Assembly: GCA_050084985.1 (NCBI GenBank)
Contig: JBITNC010000001.1
Span: 199,144,001 to 199,208,000, forward strand
From: Nageia nagi
Lineage: Eukaryota; Plantae; Pinophyta
Length of the DNA: 64,000 nucleotides
Direction: 5' to 3'
Position numbers and translations under genes: made by a program. The notes beneath the pieces are model-generated. The model saw only the letters and a list, made by a program, of their open reading frames with translations, was not told where the DNA came from and did no database searches. The stretch's first letter is position 1, and every line of letters begins with the position of its first letter. Positions 35,812 to 46,993 of this stretch are shown here, one piece after another.

Positions 35812-36711
35812 CCAAGTTCAAACTCGATGGAAACGCCATTTTTGGCACCTTCGAGCTCAAACTTTGCATTTTTGATGATTTTCGAGATCAAACGGTGCCG
35901 AAACGACCATTTCCACTTTTCCAGGCTCAAAGTTGTCATTTTCCATCATTCCGGCATTTTTGGGCTCAAAGCATCCAATCCTACACATTTTCGGCATTTT
36001 CGAGCCCTTAGCGTGAAAAAATGACCTTTTCCAGCATTTTTGAGCATTTCTAGGCTTAACTCGTCACTTTTAGTCATTTTCGAGCTTCTTGGACTTAAAT
36101 CGTGCAAAAATGCACTTTTTACCATATTGACCATTTTCGATCTCAAAAGTGACCAAAACACACTTTTTTTACCTTGTCCTTTTCCAGCTTTCCGAGGTCA
36201 ACTTTGAGAAAAGCGTCCATTCTTGTCATCCTTGTCATTTTCAAGACACTCGGATTCAAACTTGACAAAAATGCTCATTTTTTCACCTTGGATATTTTAG
36301 CACCCAAATTCTGCAAAAACGCACCTTTTGTCGTGCTAGGTACCTGTGAGCTCAATCTTTGCAAAAACATGCCCTTTTGTCAACTCTGTCACTCTTGTGC
36401 TCAAATGTTGCAAAACGTGCCCTTTTCTGCTCTGTTGGCCACTTGGTGTAAAACTCCCTTCCTGGTCGCTGACGTGATCCAAAATTACGTCCTACTTAAT
36501 GTCGCTTGAAATCGGGTCATGAATGGCCTTTGGACATGATAAATTGCCTTGGTGCCTCTAGGTTATTTGTGTGCGGTGCTTCATCACTTGGCCACTTTGA
36601 TTCTGCATTCTGGTCGTTGTCTAGTCATTTTCAGGCAATGTCTTCCATTGCGTTCAAAAAAGTAGGGTCCCCAAAATGCTGCATCTTGGGGTGTGTTGTG
36701 TGGGCACATCA

Positions 36712-37468
36712 CATTCTTAGACTGACATGGAGCATGAGGGAGGTCATTGAATGATTCCTAGGTGCCAGCATTGGGGTTTGAGGGGATTGGGTGATGATAT
36801 TGAGGTGAGATCCAGATCCTGGAAGGCTATATTAGCCCTTGGAGCCTTCCTGTTGGATATATTGATTTGATAATATTACTCATAATGTCCGAAGGACAAA
36901 AGTCTTAGTGCAATGCTAAGCAAGATTCCTAGGTGAAGCATCTAAGAGGGTTAGCAGGTTGAGGGATAGCAACCTAGCCCATCCGATGGTATTCCGAGGT
37001 TGAGCTTTTACCATTCAGTTGGTCGCCAGGATTTGAGGAGGGCTCCTTCGATGGAGAGGATTCAGATTCTAAGGGAGCAACATTGTCCCATCCATCATCC
37101 GTCCGTCCAACAGCGAGAGACACATGTTGTGCCCTAGTTGGCTCTTTGGAGGCCAACGTCCTGCCCTTGGGGCTTGGTATTGTATCATTGATGATTATTT
37201 ATCTTGAATACAACCATTGGGCCCTTGGATCTTATATTGTATTGTGCACTTGTCTATGTATGCAATGTTGTGGTGTATTTACTCTTTCATGCATGTTGTA
37301 GCTAGATGTTGGCATTGTGAGGTTGTGTTTGCTTGTATCTTGAGTTCTAACCCTAACGTTGGCATATTGAGGTGTTGAATGCTTGTTTATGCCCTTCTAG
37401 GCCATACGTGGGTGTTGGTTTGAAGGAATTTGCTTATTTGTGTGAGAAATTGCATTAGGGCTTTTACA
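36712..37468 (+). mobile_element. Right part of split 3' LTR of element 4583-37468
   Basis: Matches ~4980-5776, ends GGCTTTTACA, no PBS follows. Confidence 0.85.
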
Positions 37469-38051
37469 ATATACAAAACCCTCATTTCAAGTACAGTAAC
37501 TAATAATAGTAAATCACACACAAATCAAACTGAAAAACCCTTCTAAATGTCGAAACAAACCTCCTTGAGGCTGGATGTCCTAGGAAAAGTTGTAGATCTG
37601 CACTTCTAACCTTGCAAACTGACTTTTAATAGCCTCCAACTAGGACGTCTGGCTGCTTGGACTGTTATTTGCACTTCAGTCCTGCAAAATGACCCTCCTA
37701 GGGCTGATGCCTGATTCCTTAGGGCAATACTAGCCCCTCTAACCTGCAAATATGCCCTCTCAAGGCTAACATCACACTGTAGTAGCCTCCAATGGCTAGA
37801 TCTCTGCACAAAACCCTCTAATTTACCCTCCTGTTGGCTGATCTGCTCTTCTAGATTCAATCTTTCTCCTAATTAATGCTCAAATCACAAACCCTAATTG
37901 GCTTGTCAGATATTGATAGGTAGAAAGTTAGCTAGCCTAGCCTCCATTAGAATAAATCCAATGGGAACCCTGAACACTCAAAAAGTTACTTCCAGCTATC
38001 TCTAAGAGCCCAAGAATTCTTTTGAATTCTCTCAATTTAATCTCCAAGCAA

Positions 38052-39422
38052 TGTAATGTTCCCAAATATTCTCAACGTACAAATTAGGAAAATAAATGCA
38101 AAATCAATATCATGCAACGATCCTTGGCATGCCACGGACTATGCTAGGGCATCAAACATGAGTAACAACAAGCCAGGAAGCCAAACGATGCACGTCACTA
38201 GCTCAATTCCACCCTTATACCCCAATGTCACACTTGGGGACTCATATATCATGCAGAATACATCAAAGAATGCCAACGATTCACCATACAAGCATGCACA
38301 TACAAAAATAGCTCAACGTTGTAAATATGGAAGCATGAACATCAAATATTGAGACAAGTAATGAGATCCAAGTATGCCATGGCTTCAATTAATGATGAAT
38401 GAAGAGTACAATACCGAACAGGCTTAAGGGCTCAACTTTGGCTTCTAATGAGCTAACTAGGGCATACAATATGGTGAGATAGATCCTGGAACTGATGTAG
38501 AACAATCACAGATTACTAATTCTATGGATGCCACACTGAAGGGCTTCCTCACAAGCTAGCTCCGGCAAATAGAACGGATGTGATATTGGAATGCCATCGG
38601 ATGAATTCAAAAGTGCAGACCGCTTGTGGATGCCTCAAGGTAGGGTAGCCTCATAGCACGGACACTCACCTCAACTGTAAGACAAAGTGTTCTACGCCTC
38701 CTAAACTCTCCTTGTGTGTTGTGCTCAAGGGTGCTTGACACCGCCAAGTCTTTGGTAACTTCAAAGAGAAGGGTTTCAATATCAAATAGAATCTATCTTT
38801 GCAGTGAGGCTCTATTGTCTTATATAACATTCCCTGGATTTGGATCTCACCTAGAAGTCATCATTCCAACCTCCAAGTCCAACGTTAACCTCCTAGAGGT
38901 CCTCAAATGCCCAAACATGGGGTTAGATGTGTCCTAGGTATCTTGCATATGCCAATGTTTCCTATGGATGCCAATAATCATATTTGATGTCCACATTACA
39001 AGATCCAATGGCTAAATATGCAACGCCTCATTATTGGAGACTAATATTGCATTTACAATTACTAGTTGCCTTGGGAATCTTGTATTACAACTTGTACATG
39101 TGGCCCCATTATTACTATGATAAAACACAGTAAATCTACTCGTAATTATCAAGCTTACACCTAAATACAATCCATAACTAACTCATATTCCAAGGAGTGA
39201 GATGTCACATTTCAAGGGGTCAATATGGAGATGTTTCTGGATTTTCGTGAGTGGTCACGATATGGAAGATTGGTCCAACTGGCGAACTTCAAGAGGCCAT
39301 AACTCTTTCATTTTCTGATGAAACCATGTCGTGTAACTTGTCAAAACGTTTCCCACGAGATGCTTTATCCAATGAACAAGTCTAATCAACTCTCCAAGAC
39401 CTATGGAGAACTCTATCCCCAA
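38052..39422 (-). mobile_element. LTR lacking its 5' end, same group as 45269-46676
   Basis: Minus strand ends GGGAACATTACA at 38052. Reverse complement similar to 45330-46676. Cut by the element at 39423. Confidence 0.75.
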
Positions 39423-41140
39423 TGTAAGGATCCAAAATTACCCTCAATCAAAAACAAATAGTACTAGGGTTTTTGCAACCCTCAAACACCAAACGGCCAC
39501 ACCACAATGCAAGAACAACCCCAACGATTGCCCTCTAGGGCACACAAACACCTCAACACTCCAACATGGGCCTCATAGGCTTCTCGAACAACACACAACA
39601 CCAAACAAGGATCACACAATGCTGATGTCATCCCTTAGGGTTTCTCCAACTCCCTGCAAACCCTACGAATGTCCCTCAACACAAATACACAACACAGGAA
39701 TGCCAACGATGGGTATACAAGCACAAGTATGAAGCTTCCAACACCAGTATAACACCACACATGGAACATACAATGATATAACGCAATGCCTCAAGGGCTA
39801 CACATGCATACAATGAGACAACACAATGATATGGAGCACAATGAATTGCTTATTGGATTATGAAAGACAATGGATATAAAATGGAGATACACCAACAGAT
39901 CTAGGGTTCCAAACCCTCAACGAGCCGAACCACACAATAGGATTAGATTGACTTCTTCAGCAATCCAAATCCTCTCTTGTGGAGGAGTCTCCTCGAATTT
40001 TGGCAACCACTGAAGGTAGAAGCTCGTACTTGGAATTCCATCAGATGGGCTAGGTGACCCACCTAAGCTGTAGAATGTCAGGCTCCCAACCCTGCCACTT
40101 CTCTAGACGCCATCTAGGAATTGTTGCTCAGCATTGCTAAGACTTTGTTGCTCGATCGAGTCTGGTATAGAAAGTATATGATAAGTGGTAACCTTATAAT
40201 GGGGGCTTATCCCCTCTATATAGTCTCTCCTAGATCTCACCTAGGAATCATGCGCATGCCTCTCTATTCCCATGTTGCCTAGGGATACAAGCAATCACAA
40301 GATCCAACGACTGGATATGCAATGCCTTGGAATCATGCACTACAACTTAAACAAGAGGTCCCATTCCTATTGCTACATGCATTGAATACACAACATACTC
40401 ATCTCCCAAGGAGTGGGACTTCACATTTCAAGGAATCGATATGGAGCTGTTCATAGAATTCTATGGGCAGCCACGAAGTGGAAGACTGGTCCGGCTGGTA
40501 AACTTCAAAAGACTATAACTCCTTCATTTCTTGATGAAACCATGTCATGTGACCTGTCAAAACATTTCCCATGAGATGCCCTATCCAAAGAACCAATCAT
40601 ATCAACTCTCCAAGACCTGTGGCGAACAATACCTTCTAAGATGGGATGTTACAGGGATTCCCACAATCCAGGATTACCCATACACACAACACTACATTGG
40701 GATTCCCACAATCTGGGATTACCCATACACATAACACAACATCACTACTCGAGGGGAGACGTCCCATTTTTGGGCTCATAGTGGGGTCCATAGACCATAA
40801 GCTCCCGCTTGAGTTATACAACATGAACATGAACAACACCTAGAATACAAAGAGACCATGATACAATTGATCATTGGCTCAAATGGGACGTCACAAAGCC
40901 TCACCTCCCAGGATTGCTTTCCCTCAAGCAACTACAATACAATCTAGGATCCCAAAGCCACCTCAGAGAATAGAACCCATCATGCTCCAAGGGTGCCAAG
41001 ACAACAACACCACATAGAGACACAACTTTCCAAGTGTCCATTGAAACGACATCAAGATCAGGAAACTCAGTTTGAAGGGTGTGCTCAATAGCCTTCAAAA
41101 AACCAACATGCAATGACTCATCATCAGTCCTTAAGACTCC

Positions 41141-41980
41141 TCATTCGTTGTGCAAACATGTGCTCATAGTTTCCAACGTCGAGTCTTCAATGGTGTCTAA
41201 GAATGCCATCAAATGAAAGCTAACAATCTTCAAACCATCATCACAGCACAAAGTAACAGTGCATCTACTAACAGCAATCAAAGAGACATCAATCTCAGTT
41301 CTCAAGTCATGAGAGACAGCTCTTGAATCAAGACATGCAAGGATGGTCCCATGAGTCATCGAAACAACCCTCTTCTCCATCATCAACTCTGTCATCACAC
41401 TGCGCTCAAGAAGTGGCATGAATACAATCCCAAAATCTGTAGGGTATGCAGTCCTTGAAGTCTTCAATGATGTGATAACAATAGCACCTAATTCAATGGC
41501 TGCGAATGCAACAACAGCCCCTAAGCAAGTGGCAGATGCGGCCACATATGTAGTCCAATCAAACACAGCCAACATGTGACGAAGTGCAGCTCTTAAGACA
41601 TGAATGGAATCCTTCTGGAATGCCATCATTTTCCCGGTATCAATATCAGCCAACACACTAAAATGTGCAGCCCATAGTAAGTGATTGGCAGCCCTCAAAC
41701 AGTCACAAGATGATGCATCAACAGCCCCCTTTACCTTGGCCACCAATACACTTCCAAGTGCAGCCCTAAGAGTGTCAACAAACATAGCCTTCCTTATGTG
41801 AACAGCAGCTTCAAATTCATCGAATGTATCAGTCCAATGTATGACAACATTAGTGTTTGCTCCTCCTCTTGCAACAACCATAACATAATCAAATGCCGCC
41901 CATAATGAGTGGACAACAACACTCAATGCAACCTTGACTTTATCAGTCAACATACCATCATATGTAGCCCTCATCATCAT
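41141..41980 (-). CDS. 279-aa Ala/Val-rich ORF of unknown function inside the non-autonomous element
   Basis: Open frame with recurring L[RW]AA motif, sense to the element. No recognised domain. Confidence 0.3.
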   Translation of the reverse strand: MMMRATYDGMLTDKVKVALSVVVHSLWAAFDYVMVVARGGANTNVVIHWTDTFDEFEAAVHIRKAMFVDTLRAALGSVLVAKVKGAVDASSCDCLRAANHLLWAAHFSVLADIDTGKMMAFQKDSIHVLRAALRHMLAVFDWTTYVAASATCLGAVVAFAAIELGAIVITSLKTSRTAYPTDFGIVFMPLLERSVMTELMMEKRVVSMTHGTILACLDSRAVSHDLRTEIDVSLIAVSRCTVTLCCDDGLKIVSFHLMAFLDTIEDSTLETMSTCLHNE

Positions 41981-42429
41981 GTCAAACTGTGATCGGAAAC
42001 ACTATAGCAATAGTCTTCCCAACAATGATAGCTGATGATACCATGATCACTCTCATTATGACATTGTCAAAGCCCTTGTCTTTCAAAGTGAAATCTGACA
42101 TCAACAAGGCTGAATGGATGGACCATGCATACCTCCAACACCTTGTGTGATCATTTGGAACACAACGTTCCATACTCACGGCTGCAAGTATCTCCTTGCA
42201 GACTGAAACTGTAACCGGGAATCCTCCAATGGATGTGCAAGTGATGTAGCTATCAACAATCTCTCTTCCTTTCTATATGCAATTGTTCATGCCAAGGACA
42301 AGATTAGTGATCAACAAAGATGTATTGAAGAACAAGTCATACCTCCCCAAAGCAAGAAGCTCATTCTCCAAGCTAGGATCCCTATGGATCCATCGTGCCC
42401 AATCTCTCCAAGAGTCTAGACTTATGTAT

Positions 42430-43115
42430 CTCTCTCCGATGCTCAACGTGGTGTGTCCTACTTCCTTGTAGCTTAACGTGACATGCCTCACCTCCTCAAG
42501 GTCTGATGTGAGGTGTCCAAGTCTCCCAAAGCTCCATGTGAGATGTTTTATTACTTCTATCTCAAACGTTGAGTATCCATGACCCCAAAGACTCTCCATA
42601 TCATCTTTTGTTCCTCCCTCATCCAACGTGGTTCCCATAAGCCTATTGAGGCTCAACATTGCCAACTTCATCTCCTCCGATCCTAACGTGGGGTGCCCAA
42701 GCCTCCAAGGGCTCAACGTTGGCTCCTCAAGCCTTTCCAGCTCTATCGTGGTGTCCTCAAGCCTCCAAAGGCTCAACGTGGGTTCCCTAAGCTCCTTCAG
42801 CTCTGACGTGGGGCCTTCAAGCTTCCAAGGGCTCAACGCGGCAGGTGCTAGCTCCTCTGGATTCAAGGTAGGGTGATCAGCCACTTCTTCCTCCAACGTG
42901 GGATGCCTAGGCCTCCTCATGCCCAACGTAGACCATGATGGCTCCTCCAATTCAACCATCCACACTCCATGCTCCTCGAACTGCAATGGACATAGGAGCT
43001 CATCCAACCTTGACGTCCCTCCTCCAAGCTCCTCGGAATGCAACGTGGGGTGTGGGGACTCCTCCATAACAAATGTGGCCCCTCCTGGCTCCTTAGGCTG
43101 CAACGTGGCCTCTCC
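42430..43115 (-). repeat. 30-bp minisatellite (~23 copies), open as a 10-aa repeat in ORF 42273-43286
   Basis: GCTCAACGTG-like core every 30 bp on the + strand. Same repeat type as 7861-8490. Confidence 0.85.
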
Positions 43116-43209
43116 TTCTGTCTTCTTCTGATCTAGGGCATCATACTTAAACACATCCGGATATTGATCCAAGATTCCTTGGATCTTGGATGGATGCTTC
43201 TTGGCCTCC

Positions 43210-43839
43210 CTAGTGTCCAACGTGGACCTCCTTTGGCCAATGTGAAGATGCAGGCCCCTCAATAGCTCCCTTTTGGATTGTAGCATCCATATTCTTCATC
43301 GAGATCACTTCTGTGATTGCTTCCAGTTTGTGGCTTGCGGCACTAGATCGGGGTGCTATCTCCCGTTCCGCCTTCTTCTGATCTGGGGCTGTGTCCTCCT
43401 TGAAAACTTTCTCCGGATTGGCCTTCTCCTTTAGATCTAGGGCTGCGTCCTCCTTGTAACCCGCCTTTGGATCAAATGTTGGGGTCAAGATGGTCCCGAT
43501 CTCCCCAATGATGCTTTCGTCCCATGCGTCCACTCCGTACCCTAGCAAGTCTTGGTACAAATGAAAGGTGACGTCCCTCCGGAAGTCAGCCATGCTACTG
43601 TAGATCCGAAGCAAGATCTCAATACGTGGTGGTGTTTTGTGCGCCGGATATGGCCTTGGATATCATGGTCTCCCTCTCTTCTTACTCATCCTTTCTACAT
43701 GCCTTTCGCCCAAGAACCAGATGAGTTTTTTCCTTTCCTCTACTAGAATCTTCTCTTCTTCGAATCTCCGAAGCAAGTGTCGGAAAACCTTTGGACCATA
43801 GTTTGACTTTTTCACTGATACTGTCGATCGGCCCTCCAT
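43210..43839 (-). pseudogene. Gag N-terminus/linker homologous to 9866-10500
   Basis: MEGRSTVSVKKSNYGPKVFRHLLRRFEEE...EILLRIY...FRRDVTFHLYQDLLGYG versus MKARSTIRVKKLEYGPRVFHHLLRRFEEE...EILLQIY...FQRDVSFHTYQDLLGYG. One internal stop. Confidence 0.85.
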
Positions 43840-45268
43840 TCCCTCAGGCTAGCAAGATCTAGGCTCTGATACCACTTGTGAGGATCCAAAATTACCCTCA
43901 ATCAAAAACAAATAGTACTAGGGTTTCTGCAACCCTCAAACACCAAACGACCACACCACAATGCAAGAACAACCCCAACGATTGCCCTCTAGGGCACACA
44001 AACACCTCAACACTCCAACATGGGCCTCCTAGGCTTCTCGAACAACACACAACACCAAACAAGGATCACACAATGCTGATGTCATCCCCTAGGGTTTTTC
44101 CAACTCCCTGCAAACCCTACGAATGTCCCTCAACACAAATACACAACACAAGAATGCCAACGATGGGTATACAAGCACAAGTATGAAGCTTCCAACACCA
44201 GTATAACGCCACACATGGAACATACAATGATATAACACAATGCCTCAAGGGCTACACATGCATACAATGAGACAACACAATGATATGGAGCACAATGAAT
44301 TGCTTATTGGATTATGAAAGACAATAGATATAAAATGGAGGTACACCAACAGATCTGGGGTTCCAAACCCTCAACAAGCTGAACCACACAATAGGATTAG
44401 ATTGACTTTCTTAGCAATCGGAATCCTCTCCTGTGAAGGAGTCTCCTTGAATTTTGGCAACCACTGAAGGTAGAAGCTCATCCTTGGAATTCCATCAGAT
44501 GGGCTAGGTGACCCACCTAAGCTGTAGAATGTCAGGCTCCCAACCCTGTCACTTCTCTAGATGCCATCTAGGAATTGTTGCTCAGCATTGCTAAGACTTT
44601 GTTGCTCGAACGGGTCTGGTATAGAAAGTATATGATAAGTGGTAACCTCATAATGGGGGCTTATCCCCTATATATAGTCTCTCCTAGATCTCACCTAGGA
44701 ATCATACGCATGCCTCTCTATTCCCATGTTGCTTAGGGATACCTGTAATCACAAGATCCAACGGCTAGATATGCAATGCCTTGGAATCATGCACTACAAC
44801 TTAGACAAGTGGTCCCATTCCTATTGCTACATGCATTGAATACACAACACAACACTTATCTCCCCAGTAGTGGGACTCCACATTCCAAGGAGTCAATATG
44901 GAGCTGTTCATAGAATTTCGTGGGTAGCCACGAAGTGGAAGACCGGTTCGGTTGCCAAACTTCAAGAGACCATAACTCCTTCGTTTCTTGATGAAACCAT
45001 GTCGTGTGACTTGTCAAAACGTTTCCCACAAGATGCCCTATCCAAAGAACCAATCATATCAACTCTCCAAGACCTGTGGCGAACAATACCTTCTAAGATG
45101 GGATGTTATAGGGATTCCCACAATCCAGGATTACCCATACACACAACACTACATTGGGATTCCCACAATTTGGGATTACCCATACACATAACACAACATC
45201 ACAAATTGTTCATCAATTTAGTTGTGGGTTACCCCACCATCAATCAAGACAAGCACATCCTCTCCTAC

Positions 45269-46676
45269 TGTAACATGCCCTCTTGGGCTAAATTGGTAAG
45301 ATTTGGGACACCTGGTAATTTTTTGAAGATTATGTTCGCCACATGTCTTGGAGAGTTGATTAGACTTATACATTGGATAGAGCATCTCGTGGAAAATGTT
45401 TTGATAGGTTATACGATATGGTTTCATCAGGAAACGAAAGATTTATGGCCTCTTGAAGTTTGCCAGTGGGACCAGTATTCCATACCACATCCGTGTACAA
45501 AAATCCAAGAATGTCCCCATATTGACCCTTTGGAATGTGACATCCATCTCCTTGGAATATGAGTTTATTAGTGATGGTATTTAGGTGTGAGTTTGATAGT
45601 TAAGAGTAAATTTAGTGCGTTATAATGGGGGCCACTTGTATGAGTTGCAATAAATGATTCCAAGGCATTTAATAATTGTAAATGCAATATTAGTCTCCAA
45701 TAATGAGGGATTGCATATCTAGCCATTGGATCTTGTAATGTGGACCATTAGATATGATTATTGGCATCCCCAGGCAACATTGGATTAGAGAGGCATATGC
45801 ATGATACCTAGACGCATTGGGGACATATCTAACACCACGTTTGGGTATTTGAGTGCATCTAGAAGGCTAACGTTGGATTAGAAGGGCATGTGCATGATTC
45901 CTAGGTGAGATCTAGGAGAAAACTATATAAAAGAGATTCACATCATTGTATAGATATATTGATATTGAAACCCCTTTTTACTTCTCATGTCTTGGTGGCG
46001 TCAAGCACCCTTGGCTGTGTAGACCAAAGAGAGTCCAGGAGGCTTGGAACACCATCTTACTAGCGGTTAAGGTGAATGTTCATGCTATGAGGTTACCCTA
46101 CCTTGAGGTGTCCATAGTGGTCTACACCTTGGAATCCATTCCATGGTATTCCGGAACTACATTCGGTCTCTTTGTCCAAAGCTAGCTTGTGAGGGAGCCC
46201 TTCAATGTGGCATCCATAGATCTGGTAGAGTGTGGTTGTTGTACAGTGTATCTGCAACAATATTCATCTTTGCACATCAATGTGCCCTAGTTGGCTCCAT
46301 AGAGGCCAACGTTGAGCCCTTTGGGCTTGGTTTGTATTGCATTCATAATTTTGACAATAATTGAGCCGTGGCACATTGGATCGCCACTTATTGTCTCATA
46401 ATTTGATGTGTTTGGTGCTATTTCCCTTCTCTTGGTGTGATGTCATAATTCCTGGATCATTAATGATGTATTTTGGTTGATATATGTGTTCCTAAGTGTG
46501 ATGTTGTCTTGTAGAAGTGGTATTTGGCAAGAGAAGTGTATCATTGGATTTTTTGGCTCCTTCTTATGCATGTTTGATGACATAGATCAGTTCATGGCAT
46601 GCCTGGATGTGTGTTTTGATATAATTTGATATTTATTTGGCTAATATCCATGTTGAGAATAAATTGGGATTTTACA
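45269..46676 (+). mobile_element. Solo LTR (1408 bp), TSD CCTAC
   Basis: TGTAACATGCCC...GGGATTTTACA with CCTAC at 45264-45268 and 46677-46681. Confidence 0.93.
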
Positions 46677-46993
46677 CCTACTGCCTTTCCATGCACCTTG
46701 AGGGTCAAGAATTTCAAAACACCTTTTGAAATAGTATTCAACGTACCTTTGTAAGTACTAGGGTGTGAACGTCCTTGATCCAGTTGTTTTGTATCTAGAT
46801 CTCCAACTCTAGATCTGAATCATCTCCATCTGAAATCACTTCAATTAAATGAACTTGTCCATTTCCAAGGCAATGATGGCCATGCTCCCGTGAACTCTTG
46901 CAATTGGAGCACAAATTCTTCCTCCTTAACTCATTATGAGTTTCTTCATCTAGGATCTTGGATTTTTGATTCTTCATGATTTGGGATGAACTC

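Larger units (their letters stand above)
18634..36711 (-). mobile_element. Giant-LTR family copy B (~5.07 kb after removing the Athila insertion)
   Basis: Minus strand TGATGTGCCCACACAACA...GGTTTCCATCCCAACA. TSD CATTT (18629-18633) / CATTC (36712-36716). The empty site ATGCATTCTTAGAC is visible at ~4977 in the sister LTR. Confidence 0.85.
4583..37468 (+). mobile_element. Old chromovirus-like element hosting a ~33-kb nest of insertions
   Basis: 5' LTR 4583-5776 with PBS. A similar LTR (roughly 90% by eye) is split at 18268-18633 plus 36712-37468 and has no PBS after it. Flanks GTATA (4578-4582) and ATATA (37469-37473) form a TSD with one mismatch. Confidence 0.6.
39423..45203 (-). mobile_element. 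Non-autonomous chromovirus-like element with two LTRs
   Basis: LTRs 39423-40895 and 43877-45203 are closely similar over ~1.32 kb. Met PBS at 43863-43874, PPT ~40896-40910. No RT, RH or INT core. No TSD found. Confidence 0.85.

Noticed and set aside
37469-38051. Possible host exon between TEs
   Set aside because: No VPS26C-like peptide or convincing splice pair found. Probably another TE fragment, left unassigned.
44870-45562. 230-aa plus-strand ORF
   Set aside because: Spans an LTR end, an antisense protease scrap and another LTR start, so it is a chance chimera.
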